The notes beneath the pieces were generated by a model. It searched no databases. It was not told where the DNA came from and worked only from the letters and a program-made list of their open reading frames with translations. The translations under genes and the position numbers were made by a program. Positions 9,009-18,597 of a stretch of 64,000 nt of DNA are shown in pieces (position 1 is the stretch's first letter; each line of letters starts with the position of its first letter). The stretch spans positions 3,808,001 to 3,872,000 of the forward strand of contig OZ244960.1 of NCBI GenBank assembly GCA_965222605.1, written 5' to 3'. The DNA comes from Candidatus Latescibacterota bacterium (GTDB lineage Bacteria; Latescibacterota; UBA2968).

Positions 9009-9770
9009 ATGGGGTTGCTTACTCATGATGAGAAGCAATTTTTCAAAGATAATGGGTATCTCATTAAGCGGGATGTTTTGCCTGAAGACTTGATTGAACG
9101 CGCTGTGGATGGCCTGTGGCACGGTGTTTGGGCAGATCGCAGCGATCCTCAGACTTGGGTAAATGCGGAGCCTAAGAAGCCCGAGAGCAGTGATCCGACT
9201 TTGCACCGATCAATTGTGTATGATTACGGTGTGTTTGATATGGCCGAAGAGATGACGGGCAAAGGGCGGTTGGCCGAGTGGGCTGATCCGGCGCCATTGT
9301 TCCGCTATCCCACGGGTGACGAGCGTTGGTCAACGCCTTCGGGCGGGCATGTAGATGGCTATGGGCAAAAGGATTTGACGGTGGCTGGTTTTACGGTTGC
9401 CGCGACCGTGTATCTCAATGATATCAAGTCTCGCTCGGGGGGATTTTGCGTGTGGCCCGGTACGCATGCAAAGATTGCGGATTATTTTAAGTCGCATTCT
9501 TTGCTGAGTGTGAACCGCCAGTTTTTAGATCCCAATGAGCCGCCTAATCAGATTCACATGGGGACGATTATTGATTTGCCCGATCCAATGGAGATCACAG
9601 GTCCTGCAGGGACGGTAGTTTTCTGGCACGGCTTGATGGTTCACAGCGCGAGTAAGAATTGTAGCCGAGATATTCGTATGGGGTTGTTTACGCGGTTTAA
9701 GTGGAAAAATTGGAATGACTTGCAGTTTGAGACGCCAAATGATATGTGGGAATATTGGGAGGGGTTGTAG
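9009..9770 (+). CDS. PhyH family dioxygenase (paralog of 3853-4593)
   Basis: FFKDNGYL, HVD, WPGTH, WHGLMVHS; C-terminus LQFETPNDMWEYWE nearly identical to that of 3853-4593. Confidence 0.85.
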   Translation: MGLLTHDEKQFFKDNGYLIKRDVLPEDLIERAVDGLWHGVWADRSDPQTWVNAEPKKPESSDPTLHRSIVYDYGVFDMAEEMTGKGRLAEWADPAPLFRYPTGDERWSTPSGGHVDGYGQKDLTVAGFTVAATVYLNDIKSRSGGFCVWPGTHAKIADYFKSHSLLSVNRQFLDPNEPPNQIHMGTIIDLPDPMEITGPAGTVVFWHGLMVHSASKNCSRDIRMGLFTRFKWKNWNDLQFETPNDMWEYWEGL

Positions 9771-9794
9771 TGGGCGAATCTTTGGAGCAATTGT

Positions 9795-11261
9795 ATGTCC
9801 GATAGACCCAATATTATTTTTATTTTGACTGATCAACATCGGTTGTCGGGCGTGGGTGCTTATGGCGAGACGCCATGCCGAACGCCCAATATTGATCGCC
9901 TTGCGGCAGAGGGCGTGTTGTTTGAAAATGCTTATACGGTTTATCCTGTGTGTAGTCCGGCTCGTGGTACGTTGCAAACCGGCGTGTATCCACATACCCA
10001 TGGCATTACGTCAAATATCCACGAGGTGGGGTGTAGTGTTCACGAGTTAGAGGATCGGCCCGAACTTTTGTCGCGGCGTCTGCAAGCGGCGGGGTACGGG
10101 ACGGGATATACGGGAAAGTGGCATCTCGGCTCTGAGAAGACACGGACATTTCAGGGGTCTAACAGGCCGTCTTCGCCTTCGCGTATCGGGTATGAAGGTC
10201 AGGATTTTGTCGGGCATGGCGGGGCTGGTTCGAGCTATTCGGATTATCGGGCATGGGCGCGGGCAAAGGGTTATGAGCCGGGCGTGAAGCCCTGGGCTGA
10301 GGCGACTACGAGGGTCCGCAATGGAGTCGGTGAGTTGACTGTGCCAACTGAGGCGACTGTGCCGGCTTATCTGGTGGATAATGTGATTGAGATGAGCAGG
10401 TCGTTTCGGGGACGGGATTTGCCATATTTTGTCAGTTTGAATTTTTGGGGACCACATGGACCGTATCACGCGACGGGTGAGTTTCTGGACTGGTATCGGG
10501 ATGTGGAGATTCCGCCGTGGGGAAATTACGAGTGGCCCTCGCGGGAGATTCCCGGTCCGCATCATTTGAAGATTCACTGGGATAAGGAAAATTTGACGTG
10601 GGAAGATTGGGCAATGGCGGTGCGCTATTATTATGCGCGGGTGTCGATGATTGACAGTCAGATTGGTCGGCTGTACGATTATTTGAAGGCGAGTGGGGAA
10701 TTGGATCATACGGTTCTGATTTTTACGGCGGATCACGGCGAGACTCTGGGCAGTCACGGGGGGTTGCTGGATAAGGGATGGCATCATTTTGAAGAGACGC
10801 ATCATGTTCCGATGATTATTCGGCTGCCGGATGGTTCGCATGCGGGCGAGCGCGTTTCAGAGTTTGCTTCGCTGGCTGATATGTATCCCACGATTTTGGA
10901 TCTGGCTGGTGGACATTACGATGGGGATGCGATTCACGGTGCGTCGCTGTTGCCGCTTGTTCGCGGTGAGGCGACGGCTTGGCGCGATGCTGTGGTGACT
11001 GAGTTTTTGGGTTTGGGCAATGTCGCTACGTCGATGAAAATGCTGCGTATGGGAGATTTAAAATACGGGTGTAATTTGACGGGGCAGGACGAGTTGTACG
11101 ATCTGGCAAATGATCCCTATGAGATGAATAATGTGATTAGTGATCCCGATTATGCCGATGATGTGGTGCGATTGAAGGCGCGATTGCAGCAGTGGATGGT
11201 GGAGACAAATGATCCGGCTTTGCGAATGTATCGCTGGCGCGAGCGAGAGGCGATTGGATAG
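9795..11261 (+). CDS. Sulfatase (Cys-type)
   Basis: PNIIFILTDQHR, VCSPARGTLQTG, GKWHLG, FTADHG, ELYDL..DPYE. Confidence 0.9.
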   Translation: MSDRPNIIFILTDQHRLSGVGAYGETPCRTPNIDRLAAEGVLFENAYTVYPVCSPARGTLQTGVYPHTHGITSNIHEVGCSVHELEDRPELLSRRLQAAGYGTGYTGKWHLGSEKTRTFQGSNRPSSPSRIGYEGQDFVGHGGAGSSYSDYRAWARAKGYEPGVKPWAEATTRVRNGVGELTVPTEATVPAYLVDNVIEMSRSFRGRDLPYFVSLNFWGPHGPYHATGEFLDWYRDVEIPPWGNYEWPSREIPGPHHLKIHWDKENLTWEDWAMAVRYYYARVSMIDSQIGRLYDYLKASGELDHTVLIFTADHGETLGSHGGLLDKGWHHFEETHHVPMIIRLPDGSHAGERVSEFASLADMYPTILDLAGGHYDGDAIHGASLLPLVRGEATAWRDAVVTEFLGLGNVATSMKMLRMGDLKYGCNLTGQDELYDLANDPYEMNNVISDPDYADDVVRLKARLQQWMVETNDPALRMYRWREREAIG

Positions 11262-11323
11262 GACTTTTGATTCTCATCCGCTATCCTGTCTATACTGTGG
11301 TATTGCACAAAGGAGAGATTCCC

Positions 11324-11614
11324 ATGCGAAAACAAATTATTCAATATACTTCGCCCATTGATGCACTGGTTGCAGTGACAAAGCGGTTGAGTACCTATGA
11401 GAGTCGGCAGCAGATGGACTCGGAGGAGTTCTTTGACCAGTATAGCCGGGGACAATTGTCAGATGACATTGTATTTGTAGAGTGGGCGAACGATTATCGC
11501 CACTATTTAGAACTCCGTCAAAAATTAGAGAAAATCCTGCCCGATACTGTGATACCCTCGGACAAACCAGACATTGATCAAATAATAAAAGAAGCTGAAG
11601 AGGCACGCAGGTAA
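11324..11614 (+). CDS. Small antitoxin-like protein (TumA-like), no adjacent toxin
   Basis: AGGAG RBS; LSTYE....MDSEEFF..Y..G.L.DD..FVEWA..Y pattern matches my recollection of TumA-type antitoxins. Confidence 0.6.
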   Translation: MRKQIIQYTSPIDALVAVTKRLSTYESRQQMDSEEFFDQYSRGQLSDDIVFVEWANDYRHYLELRQKLEKILPDTVIPSDKPDIDQIIKEAEEARR

Positions 11615-11637
11615 ATGGATAATGCGATGGAGGTGTT

Positions 11638-12111
11638 ATGAAAAAAAATAAGGATTGGCGAAATCAGGGAGTGCGGGTGGTGACGGGTGATCAGTTGGAT
11701 TTTAATACGCCGCAGACGCCGGGGATGACGCGGGCCGCGGCGATTAATCGCGCGAGTGCGGGTGCTGAAAAGCTGTGGGCGGGTACGGTTGAGATTCATC
11801 CGAATGCAAAGACCGGCGCGCATCATCACGGGGCACTGGAGAGTGTGATTTATGTGGTGCGCGGCAGGGCGCGCATGCGATGGGGCGATCAGTTGGAGTA
11901 TGTGGCAGAAGCGGGACCGGGTGATTTTATCTATGTGCCGCCTTATGTGCCGCATCAAGAGATCAATGCCAGCAAAGATGAACCTCTGGAATGCGTGCTG
12001 GTGCGCAGCGATCAGGAGCCTGTGGTGGTGAATCTGGATATTCCGGTTGTTGAAGAACCCGAGAACGTGTATTGGGTTGATCCGATACATCCGGATCCGA
12101 ACACTGATTGA
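11638..12111 (+). CDS. Cupin domain protein (RmlC-like)
   Basis: TGAHHHGALESVIYVV.G and GDFIYVPPYVPHQEIN cupin motifs. Confidence 0.85.
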   Translation: MKKNKDWRNQGVRVVTGDQLDFNTPQTPGMTRAAAINRASAGAEKLWAGTVEIHPNAKTGAHHHGALESVIYVVRGRARMRWGDQLEYVAEAGPGDFIYVPPYVPHQEINASKDEPLECVLVRSDQEPVVVNLDIPVVEEPENVYWVDPIHPDPNTD

Positions 12112-12122
12112 CGAGGCCGTTT

Positions 12123-15100
12123 ATGGCAGATCAATTTTTTGAACATCCCATCCTCAATTCTCCCTACTACTGTCCAACGCGGCACTGGGAACTTGACGAT
12201 CAGGGCCAGCCAACACAGCGCATTGTTGAAAGCCGGCGGCGTGCAGATTTTATCACGCCTATTCCAAAGCCGAAGAAGCGCGGGGCGTCGAAGCGTCAGC
12301 AGCAGATTGTCTTTGACGAGGGTAAGGGACTATCTACTGAGGATCAGCAGTACGATGTTACGGCGATGGTAAATGAGATTCGGCGGCATGTCGATGGATG
12401 GCGAAGTCTGCCAAATCCCAATGATTGGCGTGTGACACCCGAAACCGCGCGTTTGCTCGTGCATTGGAGACACCATCACTTTAGCGATATTCGCCCGTTT
12501 TTCTGTCAGATTGAGGCGGTTGAGACAGCCATTTATCTGACTGAGGTCGCGCCAAATTTGGGGCAGTTGGGAAGGCGTTTAAGGGATCATCTTGCCAATG
12601 CCAATAATGACGCCAACCCGGAACTTATGCGCCTGGCACTGAAGATGGCTACCGGTGCTGGCAAGACCACTGTTATGGCGATGATTATTGCCTGGCAGAC
12701 AATTAACGCGGTGCGGCATCCCAATAGCAGAAGGTTCACGCGGGGGTTCCTGGTCATGACTCCCGGCATCACAATCAAAGATCGCCTGCGCGTACTTTTG
12801 CCCAATGATCCGGATAGCTACTATGCGAATCGAGAGTTGGTGCCGCAGGACATGCTCGGCGACCTCGACCGCGCTAAGATTGTCATTACCAACTACCACG
12901 CGCTGAGAAGGCGCGAAAGAATAGAGATTTCCAGAGGGGGTAGAGGACTTCTGCAAGGGCAGGGACCCGCACTCAATACGATGGAGACCGAGGGGCAGAT
13001 GATTCAGCGGGTTATGCCTGAGCTTATGGGTATCAGAAATATCAATGTGCTCAACGACGAGGGACACCACTGCTACCGGGAGAAGGTGGAAAAAGATGAT
13101 GAAGGACGGTTGACGGGAGACGACCGGCAAGAAGCAAATAAGAACAACGAGGCCGCCCGTGTGTGGATTTCAGGACTTGAGATGGTCAAGCGCAAGCTGG
13201 GTATCAGGCAAGTTATGGATTTGTCAGCGACGCCCTTTTTTCTTCGCGGGTCGGGCTATGCCGAGGGGACGCTGTTCCCATGGACGGTGAGCGATTTTTC
13301 GCTGATGGACGCGATTGAGTGTGGTATTGTCAAACTACCGCGTGTGCCCGTGGCTGACAATATACCCGGTGGAGATATGCCCAAGTTCCGCAATTTGTGG
13401 GATCACATCGGCACCGATATGCCCAGAGGAGGACGCCGCACAGCAAATAATCTCGATCCTTTAAGCCTACCCGTACCGTTGCAGACCGCGCTGGAGGCTC
13501 TCTATGGTCACTATGAGAAGACTGACGCATTGTGGGAAAAAGGCAAAGTGCTCGTTCCGCCCTGTTTTATTCTGGTTTGCAATAACACCTCAACCTCGAA
13601 GTTGGTCTATGATTACATATCGGGTTTTTACCGCGAGAATGAAGATGGTTCGAAGATGCTGGAGAATGGACGCTTGCCGCTGTTTCGCAACTTCGACGAG
13701 GTTGGTGACCGCCTCCCCATTCCCCCTACTTTGCTGATAGATAGCGAACAACTGGAATCTGGCGACGCTCTGGACAAGAATTTCCGCAAGATGGCTTCCG
13801 ACGAGATCGAACGCTTTCGCAGGGAGATCGTCGAGCGCACTGGCGATGTTCGCCAGGCCGAAAATATTACGGATCAGGATTTGCTTAGAGAGGTGATGAA
13901 TACAGTAGGCAAAGAAGGCCGGCTCGGTGAGTCTATTCGCTGTGTTGTATCGGTTTCCATGCTCACTGAGGGTTGGGATGCCAACAATGTCACTCATGTT
14001 CTTGGCGTGCGGGCTTTTGGAACGCAACTTTTGTGCGAGCAGGTTATTGGTCGCGCGTTGCGCCGCCAGTCTTATGATTTGAACGCGGACGGTCTGTTTG
14101 ATGTCGAATATGCCGATGTACTGGGGATCCCGTTTGATTTCACTGCGAAGCCAGTCGTTGCGCCGCCGCAGCCACCGCGGAAGACTGTCCAGGTCAAGGC
14201 GGTTACGCCAGAACGCGATGGGTGCGAGATTCGCTTTCCTCGTGTGGCGGGTTATCGGGTTGAGCTTCCGAGGGAGAAACTCAGGGCAGATTTTACCGAT
14301 GATTCGACACTGATACTCACGCCCGAACTCGTTGGGCCAACCAATACGAGAAACGAGGGTATCATTGGTGAGGGGGTCAATCTGAATCTTGAGCGTCTGG
14401 AGTCCATGCGTCCGGCCACGCTGGCGTTTCGCCTCACCAAGCATCTGATCTATACGAAGTGGCGCGATTCGGGCGAGGAGCCATCGTTGAATTTGTTCGG
14501 CCAGTTCAAGCGGATAACGAGCGAATGGCTGGATACTTGTCTCGTTTGCAAGGGCGGAACGTATCCGGCGCAGCTTGTGTACCAGAAACTGGCAGATATG
14601 GCTTGTGAGCGCATCAAAGACGCTATTAACCGCACACACATTGGCGAGCGTCCTATCAAGGTTCTGTTCGATTCCTATAACCCGATGGGTTCGAGCAGGC
14701 ATGTGAATTTCAGTACGTCCAAAACGAGGCGATGGCAGACCGATTCTCGTAAGTGTCACGTCAATTGGGTCGTTCTGGACAGCGATTGGGAGGCCGAGTT
14801 TTGCCGCGTGGCTGAGTCTCATCCGAAGGTGCAGGCTTATGTGAAGAATCACAACCTGGGGCTGGAGGTTCCCTATCGCTACGGTTCCAATACGCGCACG
14901 TACATTCCCGATTTCATTGTCCTGGTGGATGATGGGCAGGACGATCCCCTGCACCTCGTCGTCGAGATTAAGGGCTATCGCGGTGAGGATGCCAAGGTGA
15001 AGAAAAGCACGATGGAGACCTATTGGGTCCCCGGTGTGAATGGTCTTAGAGAATATGGACGCTGGGCCTTTGTCGAGTTTACGGATGTGTATGAGATTGA

Positions 15101-15269
15101 AAAGGAGTTCAACACGCTCATTGATCGCTTCAGTATCAGCGCAATAGGCACGCAGCCACGGGATGCTAAGACTTCTAATTTCAAAGATTTACTGGCATCC
15201 TGCCCGATTGATGGGATTGATATTGATCAGCTTCGTACGCGCGAATTGCCACGCGAGATTGAGTTGTAA
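12123..15269 (+). CDS. res: Type III restriction enzyme Res subunit (BPTD_3080-like: SF2 helicase + PD-(D/E)xK nuclease) with extra antitoxin-like C-terminal tail
   Basis: ILNSPY start, MATGAGKT (Walker A), NDEGHH, LSATP, MLTEGWD, EQVIGRALRR, YIPDF..VEIKG nuclease; tail NFKDLLASCPIDGIDIDQLRTRELPREIEL. Confidence 0.88.
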   Translation: MADQFFEHPILNSPYYCPTRHWELDDQGQPTQRIVESRRRADFITPIPKPKKRGASKRQQQIVFDEGKGLSTEDQQYDVTAMVNEIRRHVDGWRSLPNPNDWRVTPETARLLVHWRHHHFSDIRPFFCQIEAVETAIYLTEVAPNLGQLGRRLRDHLANANNDANPELMRLALKMATGAGKTTVMAMIIAWQTINAVRHPNSRRFTRGFLVMTPGITIKDRLRVLLPNDPDSYYANRELVPQDMLGDLDRAKIVITNYHALRRRERIEISRGGRGLLQGQGPALNTMETEGQMIQRVMPELMGIRNINVLNDEGHHCYREKVEKDDEGRLTGDDRQEANKNNEAARVWISGLEMVKRKLGIRQVMDLSATPFFLRGSGYAEGTLFPWTVSDFSLMDAIECGIVKLPRVPVADNIPGGDMPKFRNLWDHIGTDMPRGGRRTANNLDPLSLPVPLQTALEALYGHYEKTDALWEKGKVLVPPCFILVCNNTSTSKLVYDYISGFYRENEDGSKMLENGRLPLFRNFDEVGDRLPIPPTLLIDSEQLESGDALDKNFRKMASDEIERFRREIVERTGDVRQAENITDQDLLREVMNTVGKEGRLGESIRCVVSVSMLTEGWDANNVTHVLGVRAFGTQLLCEQVIGRALRRQSYDLNADGLFDVEYADVLGIPFDFTAKPVVAPPQPPRKTVQVKAVTPERDGCEIRFPRVAGYRVELPREKLRADFTDDSTLILTPELVGPTNTRNEGIIGEGVNLNLERLESMRPATLAFRLTKHLIYTKWRDSGEEPSLNLFGQFKRITSEWLDTCLVCKGGTYPAQLVYQKLADMACERIKDAINRTHIGERPIKVLFDSYNPMGSSRHVNFSTSKTRRWQTDSRKCHVNWVVLDSDWEAEFCRVAESHPKVQAYVKNHNLGLEVPYRYGSNTRTYIPDFIVLVDDGQDDPLHLVVEIKGYRGEDAKVKKSTMETYWVPGVNGLREYGRWAFVEFTDVYEIEKEFNTLIDRFSISAIGTQPRDAKTSNFKDLLASCPIDGIDIDQLRTRELPREIEL

Positions 15270-15679
15270 TGTTCTTACTCGATACCAATATCATCTCGGA
15301 AATACGCAAGGGCGACCGCTGCGATGGGCGGGTTGCAACTTGGTATGCCGGTATCAAGGGAGCCGATCTATTTCTCAGCGTGCTGGTGACCGGCGAGATT
15401 CGCAAAGGAATAGAGTTGATCCGCGATCGAGATTTACAGCAGGCAGAGGCTTTGGAACGCTGGTTGCAAGAGGTCTTACAGTCATTTTCTGGACGCATTC
15501 TGCCAATTGATGCCAAAGTTGCTGACACTTGGGGCCAGATGAACGCCATCCGGCCTATTCCTGTTATTGACGGCCTTTTGGTCGCCACTGCCAAAGTGCA
15601 TGACATGACTTTGGTGACACGCAACTCTGACGATATTAAAGGCTTAAGTGCAAGTGTGCTTAATCCATTCAGCGAGTAA
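15269..15679 (+). CDS. vapC: PIN-domain toxin VapC (FitB-like)
   Basis: MFLLDTNIISE, GEIRKG, IDGLLVATA, LVTRN..D; acidic catalytic residues present. TAATG overlap with the res stop codon. Confidence 0.9.
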   Translation: MFLLDTNIISEIRKGDRCDGRVATWYAGIKGADLFLSVLVTGEIRKGIELIRDRDLQQAEALERWLQEVLQSFSGRILPIDAKVADTWGQMNAIRPIPVIDGLLVATAKVHDMTLVTRNSDDIKGLSASVLNPFSE

Positions 15680-15737
15680 TATCGCCAGAATCGTTTTTAG
15701 TTGGACTCATAAGGGACAAGAAGTAAAGGTAATCAGG

Positions 15738-15836
15738 ATGAATAGAGATGAGATATTGACTCTCCTTCGAGCGCAACCGTGGGAATGGATCAAGCCGGGT
15801 TTGTCACCGACACACTCACTAAGCAAGGATATGTAG
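15738..15836 (+). pseudogene. N-terminal remnant of a minimal nucleotidyltransferase (MNT-type antitoxin)
   Basis: MNRDEILTLLRA matches the typical MNT start, then diverges before the LFGS motif and stops. Confidence 0.45.
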
Positions 15837-18536
15837 ATGGCTAAACGTAGATCACCTAAAACTGTCACCACTATCCGGCACAAGGACGCATCACGAAAAA
15901 ATATCCCCACTGCCGAACACCAGCCACTCATGCGCGAGGAGGAGCAGACCCCTATTCCCCGTACCTATGCGCGACGCAACCGCGATCTCGATCCCCAATT
16001 GGTGTGGCGCGGCAAGGATGAGCAGGATTGGTCAGATTTGGTGGTACAGGCACCACCTCTGTACATTCAGGAGAAGGTCCATCCCAAGGTGCTAATCGAC
16101 GATTTGGTGCGCCGAAGCGAAGAAGACGCTGCGAGTGAGTCGGGCTTCCAGACGGACCTCTTTGCCGATTTCAATGGCTTGCCTTCGGAGGACGCCAAGA
16201 CCGAGTTCTACCAGCACGAGGCCAACTGGTCGAATCGCATGATCCTCGGCGATAGTTTGCAGGTGATGGCGTCGCTGGCAGAGCGCGAAGGACTGCGCGG
16301 CAAGGTGCAGTGTATCTACATCGATCCACCTTATGGGATTAAGTTCAATTCCAATTTCCAGTGGTCAACCACCAGCCGCGATGTGAGAGATGGTAAAGCC
16401 GAGCATATTACTCGAGAGCCAGAGCAGGTGAAAGCGTTTCGGGATACCTGGCGGGATGGGATTCATTCATACCTGACGTATCTGAGGGATAGACTGACGG
16501 TGGCGCGGGATTTGTTGACAGAGAGTGGGTCGGTGTTTGTGCAGATTGGGGATGAGAATGTGCATCGGGTGCGGGCTGTGATGGATGAGGTGTTTGGGGA
16601 GGAGAATTTTCTTTCATTAATTAGCTTTCAAACCTCTACAGGTAGGACTGCTGCAACACTTGATTCCGTAGCCGACTATCTCCTTTGGTATGCGAAAGAT
16701 CCGAGTTCAATCAAGTTTCGACAATTGTTTACAGTAGGAGAGGCTTTTAGATCTTCAGGTGAGGATTACCGCGGCAGATATGAGCTAGGAGACTTAACAT
16801 CCCAACATCCTAGCCAGACACGTAGCGTCGAAATTAGCTTTCGTGGTGAGTCCTTTTGGCCCTCGGCAAATAGGCAGTGGGCATTCGACCCGGAACGGAT
16901 AAATAGATTAGAAGCTGCCGATAGGGTAGTCAGATTTAGTTCCAGGCAGATTCGGTGGAAGAAGTATGAATTTGAACGTGCCAGAGGGAAGCTTAATAAT
17001 GTTTGGCCTGACACACAATTTGGAGCCTTCGCAAGCGATAAGATTTACGTTGTACAAACGAATCGCAAGGTCATTGAACGCTGCATCCTCATGACTACCG
17101 ACCCCGGCGATCTCGTTCTTGATCCAACTTGCGGCTCCGGCACAACCGCGTACGTCGCCGAGCAGTGGGGCCGTCGCTGGATTACCATTGACACTTCCCG
17201 CGTCGCGCTGGCACTTGCTCGTGCTCGTATCATGGGCGCTCGCTATCCCTACTACTTGCTTTCCGATAGCCGCGAGGGGCAGATCGAGGAGGCTGAGATA
17301 GAACGCCGGGCACCCTCGGAATCGCCGACCTATGGCAACATCCGCCAGGGTTTCGTGTACGAGCGCGTGCCCCACATCACCCTTAAGTCCATTGTCAATA
17401 ACGCCGAAATTGACGTGATTTGGGAGGCGTTTCAGGAGAAGTTGGAGCCTTTGCGCCAGCAACTCAATGAGGTTCTTGAGAAGAAATGGGAAGAGTGGGA
17501 GATTCCGCGCGAGGCTGAGGATGATTGGTCCAAACGCGCAAAGGATTTACATGCCGACTGGTGGAAGCAGCGGATCGCGCGGCAAAAGGAGATTGACGCA
17601 TCTATCGCAGCTAAGGCAGACTATGAGTACCTCTACGATAAGCCTTATGAGAACTCGCGGAAGGTGCGCGTTGCGGGGCCGTTTACTGTTGAGAGCATTT
17701 CGCCCCATCGCGTGCTATCAGTGGATGAGAACGACGAGTTCATTGAAGATGTCGAAGAAGCAAAGACCGGCTACGATTTCGCCCAGGTCATTCTGGATAA
17801 TCTGAAGACTGCGGGCGTCCAGCAGGCGCATAAGGAAGATCGGATTGCGTTTACGTACACTACGCCATGGCCAGGTGAGATGGTTTGCGCCGAGGGGCGT
17901 TATGCCGAAGGTGCGTCTGAGAAACGTGCAGGTATTTTCGTCGGGCCGGAGTTCGGTACTGTGTCTCGTCCTGACCTGGTGCAGGCTGCGCGGGAGGCTG
18001 CTGATGCGGGTTTTGATGTGCTGGTCGCTTGTGCCTTCAACTACGACGCACACACGACGGATTTCGAACGGCTGGGGCGCGTCCCGGTGCTCAAGGCGCG
18101 CATGAATGCCGACCTGCACATGGCCGATGACTTGAAGAATACAGGTAAGGGAAATTTGTTCGTTATTTTTGGTGAGCCGGATATCGACATACTGGATGCC
18201 GAAGATGGACAGATACAGGTGAAAGTAAATGGGGTGGATGTGTTCCACCCAAATACAGGAGAGGTTCGCAGCGATGGCCCGGAGGGTATCGCCTGTTGGT
18301 TTATTGATACGGACTACAATGAGGAGAGTTTCTTTGTGCGCCACGCTTATTTTCTCGGTGCCAGCGATCCGTACAAATCGTTGAAGACTACGCTCAAGGC
18401 CGAGATCAACGCGGACGCCTGGGCCACGCTCAAAAGCGATACTTCTCGTCCCTTTGAGAAGCCCGCATCTGGACGCATCGCTGTCAAGGTCATCAACCAC
18501 TTGGGGGATGAGGTGATGAAGGTTTTCAGGGTGTAA
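15837..18536 (+). CDS. mod: Type III R-M methyltransferase Mod (beta-class amino-MTase)
   Basis: NRMILGDSL, IYIDPPY catalytic motif preceding DPTCGSGTT SAM-binding motif; C-terminal IAVKVINHLGDEVMKV. Confidence 0.9.
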   Translation: MAKRRSPKTVTTIRHKDASRKNIPTAEHQPLMREEEQTPIPRTYARRNRDLDPQLVWRGKDEQDWSDLVVQAPPLYIQEKVHPKVLIDDLVRRSEEDAASESGFQTDLFADFNGLPSEDAKTEFYQHEANWSNRMILGDSLQVMASLAEREGLRGKVQCIYIDPPYGIKFNSNFQWSTTSRDVRDGKAEHITREPEQVKAFRDTWRDGIHSYLTYLRDRLTVARDLLTESGSVFVQIGDENVHRVRAVMDEVFGEENFLSLISFQTSTGRTAATLDSVADYLLWYAKDPSSIKFRQLFTVGEAFRSSGEDYRGRYELGDLTSQHPSQTRSVEISFRGESFWPSANRQWAFDPERINRLEAADRVVRFSSRQIRWKKYEFERARGKLNNVWPDTQFGAFASDKIYVVQTNRKVIERCILMTTDPGDLVLDPTCGSGTTAYVAEQWGRRWITIDTSRVALALARARIMGARYPYYLLSDSREGQIEEAEIERRAPSESPTYGNIRQGFVYERVPHITLKSIVNNAEIDVIWEAFQEKLEPLRQQLNEVLEKKWEEWEIPREAEDDWSKRAKDLHADWWKQRIARQKEIDASIAAKADYEYLYDKPYENSRKVRVAGPFTVESISPHRVLSVDENDEFIEDVEEAKTGYDFAQVILDNLKTAGVQQAHKEDRIAFTYTTPWPGEMVCAEGRYAEGASEKRAGIFVGPEFGTVSRPDLVQAAREAADAGFDVLVACAFNYDAHTTDFERLGRVPVLKARMNADLHMADDLKNTGKGNLFVIFGEPDIDILDAEDGQIQVKVNGVDVFHPNTGEVRSDGPEGIACWFIDTDYNEESFFVRHAYFLGASDPYKSLKTTLKAEINADAWATLKSDTSRPFEKPASGRIAVKVINHLGDEVMKVFRV

Positions 18537-18563
18537 TAGATTCCGCGGTGAAAAGGTGCATCG

Positions 18564-18597
18564 TTGCGAAAACAAGCGAAATAGGCTATTCTTGTTG
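18564..18597 (+). promoter_or_regulatory. Sigma70-like promoter with AACAAG..CTTGTT dyad; copy 1 of a 29-bp direct repeat
   Basis: TTGCGA-17nt-TATTCT; 25/29 identical to 21629-21657. Confidence 0.5.

Noticed and set aside
13590-14954. 454-aa minus-strand ORF, and many other long antisense or alternative-frame ORFs in the track
   Set aside because: They lie wholly opposite or inside well-supported genes and have no recognisable motifs; treated as shadow ORFs.
15163-15510. 115-aa ORF overlapping the res end and vapC, as a possible separate antitoxin
   Set aside because: It is in a different frame from the antitoxin-like peptide, overlaps more than half of vapC and has no antitoxin features.
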